From the IMG/VR virus record IMGVR_UViG_3300026198_000001, positions 7,031 through 71,030 of that record: DNA of 64,000 nucleotides. The stretch is one strand, 5' to 3'. Source of the DNA: a virus. Taxonomy: Duplodnaviria > Caudoviricetes. The position numbers were made by a program, and so were the translations under genes. Position 1 is the first letter of the stretch. Each line of letters starts with the position of its first letter. This document shows positions 34,974 to 44,963 of the stretch, piece by piece. The notes under the pieces were generated by a model. The model was not told the origin of the DNA, ran no database searches, and worked only from the letters and a program-made list of their open reading frames with translations.

Positions 34974-36356
34974 ACTGCACCCCATTTCTTTATACTGGCG
35001 TGCACGTTTCATTGCCAAGCGTTCACACAGAACGACTCCCTTATCAAGGATGTCCAAAACAATCGGCGGTCTCTTACTACTACACTTCCGCAGAATCCGA
35101 CCTACGGCTTGTACAATGTCACCCTTCGGTGTTGCCAAGAACAGTGTGTCTAAGTCAGGAATATCCAAACCTTCCTGAGCCATCTGAAATGTTGCCAATA
35201 TTACAGACCTCGTGGACGAAATACGTAAATCTTGCTCATCCATACCACCTACGTAGAAGCCATATGGAATCCGCATCTTACGTTCTGCTGTGTATGCTTC
35301 AAAACCGACTGCCAACGTGTTCAAGTGGTCTCTTCTGGACGATAGTAACAAAACCTTTCGTCCAGCCTTGACTGCTTCGGTCAGCAGTTGGATTATCTGC
35401 AAATTACGTGTCTCACTGTCTACGATGTACTGTGTAACCTTATTCATATCATACAGCCCTCGATAGTTCAGCATATTCCGCTTCATGTAATCCGTAACTA
35501 TCATATTAGCATTAACATACTTAACCTTTGCTGTCAGCGTACTCTTTGTCCCCACATGGGCTATCTCACCTATGTGCATGAAGAACGCGTTCTCCAGCCC
35601 ATCCTTCCGCTTCGGTGTAGCTGTCACCCCAATGCGATACTTAGCAGGGAACATCGTAATCGCTCGTCTGAACTCAACGGCTCCAAATCGGTGTACCTCA
35701 TCCACAACTACTGTTCCAAAGTACGAATACAGGTCTTCTGGGTACTCCCGTGACGAGAGCAAGGACTGAGCCATAATCAGCACAATCTTCTTCCCTCTGA
35801 AGTCACATATGTCCTGCTGTACCACCCCAATCTCCTCTGGCTTAATGTCCAACGATTCCTGTAACCGTTCTATCCACTGATTCATCAGAAACGACTTGTG
35901 GACTAAAACGGCTGTTGTCCTCCCCAACTCAGCAATGACCGCAGAAGCACAGACAGTTTTCCCATATCCCGGGCTTGCCTGCCCAATCGCTCCACCTGTT
36001 TCCTTCACGGCCTTCACCAGAGACGCAACAAAATCCTTCTGGTCTTCTTCCCTCTCTGGTGTCGGACCAAGCTCAACTGTCAGTCTTAACTTTACTTCTT
36101 TACCATCTACTCTACAATCCTCGACTTCTTTGCCTTTTCCATACTTTGTCACAAGCCCTCTTGGGACTCGTAGCACAGGCACTCCTGCTACCATAGCTTC
36201 TTCATAAAGTGGGTCAAACCTATGCAACCCTGCTGTACTGAAGCCCTGCTCTACAGCAGATACGTATTCTGGATTCGGGACTTCCAACCGTGCTTTCAGG
36301 GCTTCAAAGCTTAAACCATCGGTTGGCTCCAGCTCAAGCCAGCTACCTATTCTCAT
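34968..36356 (-). CDS. SF2 DNA helicase (UvsW/Rad25-like)
   Basis: ASPGYGKT, DEVH, TATP, EGLDIP, QAVGRILR. Confidence 0.9.
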   Translation of the reverse strand: MRIGSWLELEPTDGLSFEALKARLEVPNPEYVSAVEQGFSTAGLHRFDPLYEEAMVAGVPVLRVPRGLVTKYGKGKEVEDCRVDGKEVKLRLTVELGPTPEREEDQKDFVASLVKAVKETGGAIGQASPGYGKTVCASAVIAELGRTTAVLVHKSFLMNQWIERLQESLDIKPEEIGVVQQDICDFRGKKIVLIMAQSLLSSREYPEDLYSYFGTVVVDEVHRFGAVEFRRAITMFPAKYRIGVTATPKRKDGLENAFFMHIGEIAHVGTKSTLTAKVKYVNANMIVTDYMKRNMLNYRGLYDMNKVTQYIVDSETRNLQIIQLLTEAVKAGRKVLLLSSRRDHLNTLAVGFEAYTAERKMRIPYGFYVGGMDEQDLRISSTRSVILATFQMAQEGLDIPDLDTLFLATPKGDIVQAVGRILRKCSSKRPPIVLDILDKGVVLCERLAMKRARQYKEMGCSF

Positions 36357-36603
36357 CTTTTAAACCCTCCCACGTATTCGCTCCCCAAAGGCACACTGCG
36401 TGTACCAGCCCATCTTTATCGTCAGGGTCTTCGTAGAACTTGGCTGAGTAACCAATGGGTCTTCCACATATTCTGCAAACCTTACTCGCCATTTTTCTCG
36501 TCAGAGCACAATCCGTATGCTCACATGAGTCCTCACATGGTCCATACTCTGTCCCCGGCGAGGGCAATATACTCCAAGCCATTCTATTAACCTCCTTATG
36601 CAA
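36343..36603 (-). CDS. Small Cys/His-rich hypothetical protein
   Basis: CEDSCEHTDC, CRIC, HAVC. Confidence 0.5.
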   Translation of the reverse strand: MHKEVNRMAWSILPSPGTEYGPCEDSCEHTDCALTRKMASKVCRICGRPIGYSAKFYEDPDDKDGLVHAVCLWGANTWEGLKDENR

Positions 36604-36910
36604 GTGTCCCTATTCTACTAAAAGGCTCCAGATACAGGCTGTTCTCACCATGTATCCAGTTAGCGTATTTGTCTTCTTTGAACTGCTTACTCCAAACATT
36701 CTTAACTGTTACTTCAAGTGCTCTTACGTAAACCCGCTGTTCACGCAGGTAAGCCATTACATAGAAGAACGTATCCTGAAAGCTTTCTTCTGGAAACGAC
36801 ATTTCCTTGTAATCCCACTCGTTCATGTAAACCTCGACATCATATTGCTTCAGCATTTTGTTCATAAGCTCGGTTCTTGTGTTCGTTTGGATTATCAGCT
36901 TTCTTCTCAT
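36596..36910 (-). CDS. Hypothetical protein
   Basis: 104 aa, behind a promoter repeat. Confidence 0.5.
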   Translation of the reverse strand: MRRKLIIQTNTRTELMNKMLKQYDVEVYMNEWDYKEMSFPEESFQDTFFYVMAYLREQRVYVRALEVTVKNVWSKQFKEDKYANWIHGENSLYLEPFSRIGTLA

Positions 36911-36948
36911 CTTTTGCCCATCTCCTTCAGTTTTTTTTGTTTTCTTTT

Positions 36949-36977
36949 AGCTTAACATATAATGGGGTCTTTGTCAA
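36949..36977 (-). promoter_or_regulatory. sigmaA promoter repeat
   Basis: TTGACA AAGACCCCATTATATGT TAAGCT; the leader GAAGGAGATGGGCAAAAGATGAG is shared with the 34817 copy. Confidence 0.85.
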
Positions 36978-37003
36978 GCAAATGAGCAAAAATATCCAAA
37001 ATT

Positions 37004-38848
37004 TTACTTACAGTCACTCCATCTGTAGCCTACCTCTGTATCAGCAATGATTGGAACATTCAACTTCACAGCACTCTCTAACTCCTGCTTAATGAGCTGG
37101 CTGGCATATTCAGTCACATCATTGTCCACTTCGTAGATAACTTCATCGTGTACCTGCAATACAAGGCGTACCTTCTCCAACAAACCTTCTTCTATAAGTC
37201 TATAACGAATGTTCCTCATCCCAATGAACAGGATGTCTGCCGCCGAACCTTGCACTGGCGTATTACTTGACTGACGTAGTGCAGAACTCTTCAGCTCCTT
37301 ACTCCTCGGGTCTTTACCCTTCAGTTTAGCATTAGGCAAGTGTCTTCGCCTGCCTATCAGCGTAGTTACGTAGCCCTGTGCCTCGGCCTTGCTGTGCATC
37401 GTGTCTATGTAGTTCTCTATTCCACGAAACCGTGCCATGTACTTATCACGCAGTTCCTTTGCCCGGGCTTCATTAACCTTGGCACTTGAAGCCAATCTTT
37501 TCACCCCTGCTTCATATACCATAGCAAAATTGAACGTCTTGCCTATGCTCCTCTCTACGGCATGATTCTCCTTTATCTCCTTCAATGTCCCTTCCAAGTC
37601 AAACAGAACCTGTGCCGCATACGAATGCAAGTCCTCCCCATCCATAAACGCTCGAATGAACACAGGGTCTCTGCTGATGTGCGCCAGCACCCTCAATTCA
37701 ATCTGCGAATAGTCTGCTACCACCAACTGTGTCCCTTTCTTAGCGATAAACATATCTCGCAGACCAAACTGGTCCTTATCCTTCTTCGGGATATTCTGCA
37801 AGTTTGGTTCACTCGAACTAAGCCTTCCAGTGGTCAGTATCGGATTGAACCTCGTCCGTACCCGCCCATCTGGACCTACCCGTTTCTTCAGCCCCTCAAG
37901 ATACGTACCCAACAAGCGTGATACTGCCTTGTACTCCAGAATTGCACCCACCAGCGGATACTTTCCTTCCCACTGCTCCATGCATTCCTTGTCTGTACTA
38001 TACATCCCTGACTTTCCCGGCTCTCCTATTGGTTTAATCTTTAGCTCACCAAACAGAATCTCATTCAACTGCTTCGGCGAGTTCGCATTAAACTGCTTCT
38101 TGTTCGGTCTGAGTGCATACATGCGCTGTTCTATCTCAGCCAACACTTTCGGAGCTTCCTGCAATCTTTGCTCTAACATTTCTATATCAAGCTGGATACC
38201 TTCTATCTCTACGTCCATCAAAATGAACTGCTTAGGCATCTCCAACTCACTGAACACCTTCAGCAATCCATCATCAACGAGCCGTGGCAAGAATACATCC
38301 ATCAGGGCTATCGGTTTCGTGGCATCACTTACGGCGTACCTGCCCATTACATCTATCGGAGTCATGTCTGTTCTGTACACTACGCCACCATGAACTGGGT
38401 GCTTCTCTTTCGGGCAAAACTCACTTAGCTCGGTCATAGTCTGATTCAAATACCGCTTAGACAGTGCCTTCAACCCGTGTTCATTCTCTGTGTCTAACAA
38501 CCATGACGCAACCATTGTGCAAAATATCATCGGCCCAAATTCAATGCCACCATTTAGCTTTAGCACCTTCATATCATACTTAGCATTGTGGAACACCACC
38601 AGCTTTTCTTGACTCGTAGCAACGAACCTTCTGAACCTCTCCATTACAAGGTCTTTAGGCAACTGCAACCCGTCCCTATGCCCTACAGGAATGTATGCTC
38701 CTTCGGTAAGACTCCACCCAACAGAGATACCAGTCAAACTTATATCAAGGTCACCACGGTCTACTGTCTCTGTGTCCAAACAGTACCTCTGTACCTTCTC
38801 CAGCTTACCTAGTACGAAGTCTAACTCCGCTTCAGTTCTTACAATCAT
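37004..38848 (-). CDS. DNA polymerase, family A (3'-5' exonuclease + polymerase)
   Basis: DTET, HNAKYD, TGRLSSSEPNLQNIP, DYSQIELR, KTFNF, QGSAAD, VHDE. Confidence 0.95.
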   Translation of the reverse strand: MIVRTEAELDFVLGKLEKVQRYCLDTETVDRGDLDISLTGISVGWSLTEGAYIPVGHRDGLQLPKDLVMERFRRFVATSQEKLVVFHNAKYDMKVLKLNGGIEFGPMIFCTMVASWLLDTENEHGLKALSKRYLNQTMTELSEFCPKEKHPVHGGVVYRTDMTPIDVMGRYAVSDATKPIALMDVFLPRLVDDGLLKVFSELEMPKQFILMDVEIEGIQLDIEMLEQRLQEAPKVLAEIEQRMYALRPNKKQFNANSPKQLNEILFGELKIKPIGEPGKSGMYSTDKECMEQWEGKYPLVGAILEYKAVSRLLGTYLEGLKKRVGPDGRVRTRFNPILTTGRLSSSEPNLQNIPKKDKDQFGLRDMFIAKKGTQLVVADYSQIELRVLAHISRDPVFIRAFMDGEDLHSYAAQVLFDLEGTLKEIKENHAVERSIGKTFNFAMVYEAGVKRLASSAKVNEARAKELRDKYMARFRGIENYIDTMHSKAEAQGYVTTLIGRRRHLPNAKLKGKDPRSKELKSSALRQSSNTPVQGSAADILFIGMRNIRYRLIEEGLLEKVRLVLQVHDEVIYEVDNDVTEYASQLIKQELESAVKLNVPIIADTEVGYRWSDCK

Positions 38849-38872
38849 ACTCGTACCTCCAAAAACAAGTAT

Positions 38873-38895
38873 GGCTCCAGCATTACACTGGAGCC
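38873..38895 (-). terminator. Stem-loop between the SSB and polymerase genes
   Basis: GGCTCCAG / CTGGAGCC inverted repeat with a T-rich run shortly after on the minus strand. Confidence 0.6.
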
Positions 38896-38909
38896 TTTAC
38901 TCAACAACT

Positions 38910-39554
38910 CTACCAATCTATTCTTTCGTTGTGCTCCTCATGGCTCCGGCTTGCTATGTTCTTCAGCAATGCCATCAGGTCGGCAACATTCTTAGGCTTT
39001 AGAATCTCACTGTAGTCAAACGACTTTGCTTCAGGGTTGAACGCAAGAATCTCATCCTTGCTCATCTTGTGTTCGTAGTCAAACACATCACCTGTATTCG
39101 GCGCATCCGATGAACTACGGTACACCTCAAACATAGCCCCAGCTAAACTTTCCCGCTTTGCAGACAGTCTCTTCAGCACTTGCAGGGTCTTAAACTTCGC
39201 AGGAAACAGCTTCAGCTCATACTGGTGCTTCTTCCCTTTACTATCCTCCCACTCGGTCATGTCCATCACCGTGTAGAACCCTACTGTGTACGGCTTGTCA
39301 CCTGCTTCACACAAGGGGCAGGTTTCACCCAGCATGCGTAAGCAGGTATACCAGTTTCTCCAGTCACCATTAATCTTTAGCTGGTGCTCTTCAATAATCG
39401 GAGGGTTATCGTCCAAAAATACGATGTGCGTGCTCTTGTCTGAGGGTAACCAGAAGCGACTCACATAGTTCTTCTGTCTCCCCTCTACTTCCTTCTCCTT
39501 CTCTGTGAAAGCGTCATAACCTCTGTTCTGATTCAGCATGTCTTTGAAATCCAT
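38910..39554 (-). CDS. Single-stranded DNA-binding protein, T4 gp32-like
   Basis: RFWLP...EEHQ...TCLRMLGETCPLCE. Confidence 0.7.
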   Translation of the reverse strand: MDFKDMLNQNRGYDAFTEKEKEVEGRQKNYVSRFWLPSDKSTHIVFLDDNPPIIEEHQLKINGDWRNWYTCLRMLGETCPLCEAGDKPYTVGFYTVMDMTEWEDSKGKKHQYELKLFPAKFKTLQVLKRLSAKRESLAGAMFEVYRSSSDAPNTGDVFDYEHKMSKDEILAFNPEAKSFDYSEILKPKNVADLMALLKNIASRSHEEHNERIDW

Positions 39555-39620
39555 TTTCGTTTCTCCTTTCGACCACTTTGGGTCCTCATAATCGGGTACT
39601 TAAAAGTTACCCCTAAGTTC

Positions 39621-39649
39621 ATTGTATCAGATATTACCTTCTGTGTCAA
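39621..39649 (-). promoter_or_regulatory. sigmaA promoter upstream of the SSB gene
   Basis: TTGACA CAGAAGGTAATATCTGA TACAAT (17 bp, TG extension). Confidence 0.75.
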
Positions 39650-40344
39650 TTGCCATTCATGGCAGTCAGCGGGGTTGCCATTGCTTCTTCATCATTATCT
39701 TCCTCCTCGTACCCCTCATATGGGTCATATCCGAAGTGTTCGATTACGAAGTCTCTGTAGCCATCAGAGTCAATAGAAACCTCATCGACCTGCTCACCAC
39801 CTGCAAACGTTACTAAACCCGCAAAGGCACAACCTACTTCCTCGAACTTTATCGTGAACTCCAGCTCAACCCAGTCCTTCGCAACTTTTTCAAGCCACTC
39901 AACAGGTGGTCCCCACGGCGAGTCGAAGTTGTACAAAAGCTCATCGGTTCCTTCTTCGTTACCGTAAACACTGATGTCACCAACGTCCCACTTCACGCCC
40001 CAGTGACTAATGCACCAGCTGTAGCCATCCACCCACCTGTCTGGGTTATGCAAGTCCAGCAGTACCTGCTCCAATGGTCTTGAGTCTCTCGGTGCAGAAT
40101 AGCCGATAGCCAGCACTTCAGCTGGAATCGGGTACAGGGCATCATAGCTGTAGCCCAGCTCCTTCGTTGCATACTCTTCTTCATATTCTTTCTCAAGCTG
40201 AGCTATTTGCTCGGGGGTCTTGTTGTACTTATCAAAGTCACTGAGTCCCCACTTTGCTCCCTTCCCCTTGAACGCCTTGTCAAATGCCAGCAGTACTTCA
40301 CTGGGTCCTTTGACGGTCAATTCATTGTTACACCAATTAGGCAT
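39646..40344 (-). CDS. DUF1281/YubB ferredoxin-like protein
   Basis: MPNWCNNEL...WGVKW...FDSPWGPP. Confidence 0.7.
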   Translation of the reverse strand: MPNWCNNELTVKGPSEVLLAFDKAFKGKGAKWGLSDFDKYNKTPEQIAQLEKEYEEEYATKELGYSYDALYPIPAEVLAIGYSAPRDSRPLEQVLLDLHNPDRWVDGYSWCISHWGVKWDVGDISVYGNEEGTDELLYNFDSPWGPPVEWLEKVAKDWVELEFTIKFEEVGCAFAGLVTFAGGEQVDEVSIDSDGYRDFVIEHFGYDPYEGYEEEDNDEEAMATPLTAMNGN

Positions 40345-40376
40345 GTCTTTTCCTCCTCTTTTTCACTTCTTATCTA

Positions 40377-40715
40377 CTATGCTACTTCTTCATACTCGCC
40401 AGACAGTTCCATTCCCAACTGACCTGCTAACTGCTCTGCATAACGTTGTGCCTGCTCCATCGCCAAGGCTTCTGCGGTAGCTTCCGCTTTCTTGCCCTTC
40501 CTGCTGACCTCTACAAGCATAACCTTAAACCCTGAAAACAGTCTCGTGGACTCACAGCGGCATCCGTTACTGTCTGACCGTTCTACAGGCTTTACATACA
40601 AATAGTACCCTCGTTTATTCACAGCCCCACTAAAGTAGCTCATCCCGCCAAGTTCATAACCTGTGCTCACCTTGATTTCCGTCTTACTATCCTTCACCTT
40701 ATAATACTGTTTCAC
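40377..40715 (-). CDS. Hypothetical protein
   Basis: 112 aa ORF with RBS. Confidence 0.55.
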   Translation of the reverse strand: MKQYYKVKDSKTEIKVSTGYELGGMSYFSGAVNKRGYYLYVKPVERSDSNGCRCESTRLFSGFKVMLVEVSRKGKKAEATAEALAMEQAQRYAEQLAGQLGMELSGEYEEVA

Positions 40716-40730
40716 GTCTTATCCCCTCCT

Positions 40731-41048
40731 TCAACACGCCGCTAAGCCATAGAACAGAAACACATGCTTCTTCAGCCCTTTCTTTCTCGGACCAAGGTCA
40801 ATATACCATGCTTCCCACTTCTGACCATAATCGTCCTTCTCGACCATTGCGTAAGCCTTGTCAATGTTCTCCTGCGTTGCAATGTCGAACTTTCCCCGAC
40901 AACGAGTCAAGTCACACGTGCTAATCGTTCCGTTGTACGGGTCGTGTCCATGATTGTACCGAGCTTCCTTAACCAGTCTGTTATACCCTTCTTGTGCTGT
41001 TCTTGCTTCAACCATGTTCGTAAATCCGATTGCTCCCATCTTGTGCAC
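40731..41048 (-). CDS. Hypothetical protein
   Basis: 105 aa, behind a promoter repeat. Confidence 0.55.
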   Translation of the reverse strand: MHKMGAIGFTNMVEARTAQEGYNRLVKEARYNHGHDPYNGTISTCDLTRCRGKFDIATQENIDKAYAMVEKDDYGQKWEAWYIDLGPRKKGLKKHVFLFYGLAAC

Positions 41049-41083
41049 CTTCTTTCCACATCTGAATTTTTGTTTTTTCTTTT

Positions 41084-41112
41084 ATCTTATCATATAATAG
41101 GTTCTGTGTCAA
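41084..41112 (-). promoter_or_regulatory. sigmaA promoter repeat
   Basis: TTGACA CAGAACCTATTATATGA TAAGAT, followed by AAAAGAAAA. Confidence 0.85.
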
Positions 41113-41275
41113 TATCGGATTTTCGGGGGGTCGAGAGGCAGGACTACTAATCCCGCCCGCCTTGTCCTGTCGCAAGCAAGTACACCAGAAAGACGATGCA
41201 AACAACTACAACGATTCTTGCCAGCCATGCAAAAGCAACCAAACAATCCATAACGAACCCCCCTTTCTACTAAAC

Positions 41276-42043
41276 TTAGTAACTCGTGCCCATGTACACA
41301 CCCTTGCTTGCACAAGTCCTTAGCCAGTGAATCGCTTCTAACAAGTTTCTTTTTCTCCAGTGCGGTTCTTTCTCATATTCTTCTTTGGTCAGTGCTTCGT
41401 AACCCATTGCCTTATTCCAGGTCGAAGCGTTAAACTCTGCTAAGTAGTCCTTGTAGCTATCCTTCTCTAAGCATGGCTCACCTTCCAGTGCAACCAGCTC
41501 CTCTTCCAGCCTGTCCGCATACTCCAGCATTTCCTCGGGGTCGTGTTCTTCGTATGCCTCGTCACGCAAGCTGGACTCCAACACCTCATCAGCACTTATC
41601 TTCTTCCCACGGAAGTCACAAGATGCTACTGTGATTCCAATGAACATACTCCCAGACGATGTTGCATCCTTCAATTCCTCCAGCAACGGGCAAGTATCAC
41701 AGAACCACTTGTCCCCGTCCTGCTCCATGTACTGTTCGATTGTCATTCCCAGCCAATGGTTGACATAGTTCATGTTTGCCTTGTCACCTTTGCTCTCCAA
41801 TTCCTTACGTGCATCTTCCTGTCTATACTTCAGATGCTCTTCCAGCCTTTCCTTGAAGTCAGGCAGCTCCCTCATGCGTTTTGCCCCGACAATCGTGCAA
41901 GGCTTCATACCCTCGGGGGCTTCTGTGTCCATCAGGTCCTGAAGCGATGCCCCTTCTTCCAGTTCCTTTGCATAATACCTTCTGATATATTCCTCTTTGT
42001 ACTCGTCTGTTGCAGGAATCCTGCTGTGCCAATCTAAACCCAT
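41276..42043 (-). CDS. Hypothetical acidic protein
   Basis: 255 aa, MGLD N-terminus. Confidence 0.55.
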   Translation of the reverse strand: MGLDWHSRIPATDEYKEEYIRRYYAKELEEGASLQDLMDTEAPEGMKPCTIVGAKRMRELPDFKERLEEHLKYRQEDARKELESKGDKANMNYVNHWLGMTIEQYMEQDGDKWFCDTCPLLEELKDATSSGSMFIGITVASCDFRGKKISADEVLESSLRDEAYEEHDPEEMLEYADRLEEELVALEGEPCLEKDSYKDYLAEFNASTWNKAMGYEALTKEEYEKEPHWRKRNLLEAIHWLRTCASKGVYMGTSY

Positions 42044-42070
42044 CTTCTTATTCTCCTTTCATACATAAAG

Positions 42071-42244
42071 CTACTTGTTCAACTCTTTGCGTATATCTTC
42101 CCAGCCATCGGGGTCGTTTTCATAGATTTCACGCTCAGATACTTCGTCACCGTATTCAAAATGCCGTCTCATGTACTCCACACAAGTAGCACACCAATAA
42201 CAACTGTTTGCGAGTTTCCCATCTCAAGATGTCACCCATAGCAC
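42071..42244 (-). pseudogene. Small Cys-motif ORF interrupted by an in-frame TGA
   Basis: GTG start: MLWVTS*DGKLANSCYWCATCVEYMRRHFEYGDEVSEREIYENDPDGWEDIRKELNK; TGA at 42224-42226. Confidence 0.4.
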
Positions 42245-42263
42245 ACGTGCACCCCCTCTCCTT

Positions 42264-43082
42264 TTACATATCTGAGAACAAGTCTGCAAACTCTGCCCCA
42301 GCCTGCCCAATCATATCTTCTTTTGCACTGTCTCCGTAGAAACCACAACACGAATCAACGTGTTCTTCAGAAACTGTACCACAGCAGGCACAAGTTTCCT
42401 TCTTTTTAATAACATATCCGTAAACTCTCCCAGTCAAGTAGTCATCGTAGGTCTTAACCTCGCCCTTTAGCATTTCCTCTGCTCTGTTGCTCATGACCTC
42501 TGCAATTTCCTCAAGGCTGGCTGATACTACATTCTCCGCTCTCTTAAAAGATGGTATCTTGTTGTAATCAAAGTCTACGAGAAACTTACCATCGGCTATT
42601 CCTATAACCTGACCCCAGCCGTCTGTTCCGTGAAGCAGATACCCTTTTACTTTTACATGCTCCTTCAACTTTGGAACTCTGTGCTTGTCTGAACTGAACA
42701 GTTCCTCTTCCATGTAGCCAGTCTCGTCACGGAACTTCTGCTTTGTTGCATAAATCCAGCCAACTTGCCCGCTGTCCCAAGGACATCCAAAGCCTGTCGT
42801 ATTCATCGTAATCCCACTGTGGTCATACAGATACAAAGGCAAATACACGACTGCATCTTCGCCGCCATTCGGTTTCAAGATTTCCTCTTCCAACTGCTCT
42901 TCCCAACTGCTGTACTGGTCATACTGGTCTGCCTTTTCGTCACCAAGGCTGTACCGCTTGTGAGCACAAGCCATCGTACCAATATTCGACCACTCTCTCG
43001 GGCTTTCTGGGTCTTCGTCTTGGAACACTGTCAGTTTGTACGTCTCATTCTCCTTCGTGTACACATCGTTACTCATCTTCAT
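42264..43082 (-). CDS. Hypothetical protein (YLYDHSG...WDSGQVG family of Bacillota mobile elements)
   Basis: PLYLYDHSGITMNT...PWDSGQVG...DSCCGFYG. Confidence 0.6.
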   Translation of the reverse strand: MKMSNDVYTKENETYKLTVFQDEDPESPREWSNIGTMACAHKRYSLGDEKADQYDQYSSWEEQLEEEILKPNGGEDAVVYLPLYLYDHSGITMNTTGFGCPWDSGQVGWIYATKQKFRDETGYMEEELFSSDKHRVPKLKEHVKVKGYLLHGTDGWGQVIGIADGKFLVDFDYNKIPSFKRAENVVSASLEEIAEVMSNRAEEMLKGEVKTYDDYLTGRVYGYVIKKKETCACCGTVSEEHVDSCCGFYGDSAKEDMIGQAGAEFADLFSDM

Positions 43083-43246
43083 CCTCCTCTAACAAATACT
43101 TAGCTTCAACCTGTACCTGTTCGCTAGCCTCCTCCCAACTTACCTTACCCCGTTCAGCATCGTACAGTGTGTCGTTGACCAGTGCATGGAACTCGTACAT
43201 CTTACTCTTGTAATCAGTCATTCAGTACACCCCCGACCTCTTTCGG

Positions 43247-43441
43247 TTAGCGACTGCCCTTCCAGTATCGCGGGCGTAGCGAGTACAAATCTGTAGCCTT
43301 CTGGCGTTCCTGTCGTTCTTTTGCCTTCAATTCGTCATACTCCTTTCGCCATGCTATGTACTCAGCACAATGACTATGGCAACTAACTGCTCCTGTGCTC
43401 CTCTTTGGTGGCACGCATTCCTTGCATGGGTTCAATAGCAT
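43247..43441 (-). CDS. Small Cys/His-rich protein
   Basis: PCKEC...CHSHCAEY. Confidence 0.5.
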   Translation of the reverse strand: MLLNPCKECVPPKRSTGAVSCHSHCAEYIAWRKEYDELKAKERQERQKATDLYSLRPRYWKGSR

Positions 43442-43453
43442 CCTGCACCTCCT

Positions 43454-43645
43454 CTAAGACCCATTCGAGACAATTACCAAGTATAGATTATCGTTTTCGC
43501 TGGGGGGATTTGTGCCAATGTATGCAGCTAAATTTTTTTGCGCTTTCTTGATTTCGGCCTCAAATCGCCGTTTGTTTGTATCCCATATTGTGGTCATTAT
43601 ATCGCCGTTTATGTGTCTGATTTGTGCTTGATATTTGTATTTCAT
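43454..43645 (-). CDS. Hypothetical protein
   Basis: 63 aa with GAAGG RBS. Confidence 0.45.
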   Translation of the reverse strand: MKYKYQAQIRHINGDIMTTIWDTNKRRFEAEIKKAQKNLAAYIGTNPPSENDNLYLVIVSNGS

Positions 43646-43681
43646 ATTATTTCCCTTCCTTCCTCCCCGCTGCCGGGGCTA

Positions 43682-43954
43682 TCAGCCTGCGTTATCTTCT
43701 AAGACCCATTCCAGCATATCTTCTCTTGTCTGAAGCACACTCAAAAAGTCGTCACAGTCTTTTTCTGATACGTTCCCACATTTGACTTCATGATACAGAC
43801 GGTCAATCTTTGTGCTAATCTCTGCTAAACGCTCCCGTATTTCCTGCTCAGTTTTCATGGCTACTTCTCCTTTTCTTCTCCCATAATGCAAGAAGGCTGG
43901 CTGACGGTCTAACGTCAACCAGCTCTCCCTTCGCCTTTCTCTTCTCGTACTCAT
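43682..43954 (-). CDS. Hypothetical protein (probable start at MKTEQ)
   Basis: Coiled-coil-like ORF. Confidence 0.4.
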   Translation of the reverse strand: MSTRRERRRESWLTLDRQPAFLHYGRRKGEVAMKTEQEIRERLAEISTKIDRLYHEVKCGNVSEKDCDDFLSVLQTREDMLEWVLEDNAG

Positions 43955-44240
43955 CTCTCAACTCGCCATATTCTGTGTACTCTTCAAGGTACTCTTCATC
44001 ACTCATACTCATCAGAGAATCGACATCTTGCTCGGCATAGTAGCTTGCCATGTCTCCTTGCAGTGAGGACAAGAAGCCAACTGCCTGCACCTCAGTACCT
44101 TCCCGCATAGCCTTGACGTTTCTCTCCAGCGATTTCATACTGTTGTACACGTGGCTGTCGGTCATATCCGCTATCTTAATCGTTTTGCCGTCTCGCATCG
44201 TCCATGTACCGCTCATAGCCTTAACCTCTGCACTTGTCAA
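43848..44240 (-). CDS. Hypothetical protein
   Basis: WTMRDGKTIKIADMTDSHVYN motif; ORF boundaries uncertain. Confidence 0.45.
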   Translation of the reverse strand: MTSAEVKAMSGTWTMRDGKTIKIADMTDSHVYNSMKSLERNVKAMREGTEVQAVGFLSSLQGDMASYYAEQDVDSLMSMSDEEYLEEYTEYGELRDEYEKRKAKGELVDVRPSASLLALWEKKRRSSHEN

Positions 44241-44544
44241 GGTCGAGCGTGCACAGTGGAACTATCACGAACCCAGACACCTTCCGTCCAATGACCTCTT
44301 TCACGATGCCAGCGTCAGCAAGAGCTTCAAGCATGCCTTCATTCTCACTATAGTCCTTGATGTACGCTTGGTCTTTCGGGAGCTTGTCACCCATGTTGAC
44401 CGTAGCTGTAGCAACTGGTCCTTCTTCGTCCCACAACTCAAGTGCCGTATTTCCATTGAGATACTTGGTCACAGTAACATTGCAATCCCAGCTCATGAAC
44501 TTAACCTTACTCATCTTATTCTCCTTTCTCGCAAATCTTTTCAA
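44221..44544 (-). CDS. DUF4313-like protein
   Basis: YLNGNTALEL...ATATVN...AYIKDYSENEGMLEAL...SGFV. Confidence 0.65.
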   Translation of the reverse strand: MKRFARKENKMSKVKFMSWDCNVTVTKYLNGNTALELWDEEGPVATATVNMGDKLPKDQAYIKDYSENEGMLEALADAGIVKEVIGRKVSGFVIVPLCTLDLDKCRG

Positions 44545-44779
44545 TTAACGGATGGCAACTGAGAGTCGCTTCCACGTACTCCGACCAAGGCAGTTCCATT
44601 TTCTGTGCAATGAACTCGGACAGCACCAACACTTGGTCCGTGTTCAGCTTCTTCAGCCAGCCTTTGTCTTCCAGCACGCAAATCACATCTTCCATACAGA
44701 GGCTGTAAACTGTCTCGTTTGTCTGAATACCTCTCTTATCCAGTTCATTGCTCAGCTCTTCATAAGTCATCTTGTACAC
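44516..44779 (-). CDS. Hypothetical protein
   Basis: 87 aa, behind a promoter repeat. Confidence 0.5.
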   Translation of the reverse strand: MYKMTYEELSNELDKRGIQTNETVYSLCMEDVICVLEDKGWLKKLNTDQVLVLSEFIAQKMELPWSEYVEATLSCHPLIEKICEKGE

Positions 44780-44815
44780 GTCCTTTCCACTTCTGGTTTT
44801 TTGTTGCTTTCTTTT

Positions 44816-44844
44816 ATCTTATCATATAATAGGTTCTGTGTCAA
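44816..44844 (-). promoter_or_regulatory. sigmaA promoter repeat
   Basis: TTGACA CAGAACCTATTATATGA TAAGAT, identical to the 41084 copy. Confidence 0.85.
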
Positions 44845-44963
44845 GAGGCTGGTTCCGTTTTTGTTTCCGCAATATCCTTTTTGCAGTAGGGGCATACCCA
44901 CTGCCCCTCTGCACAACTGCTGTAACTCTTTCCCCCGCAATGCGGACATACTTTCATGACCAT

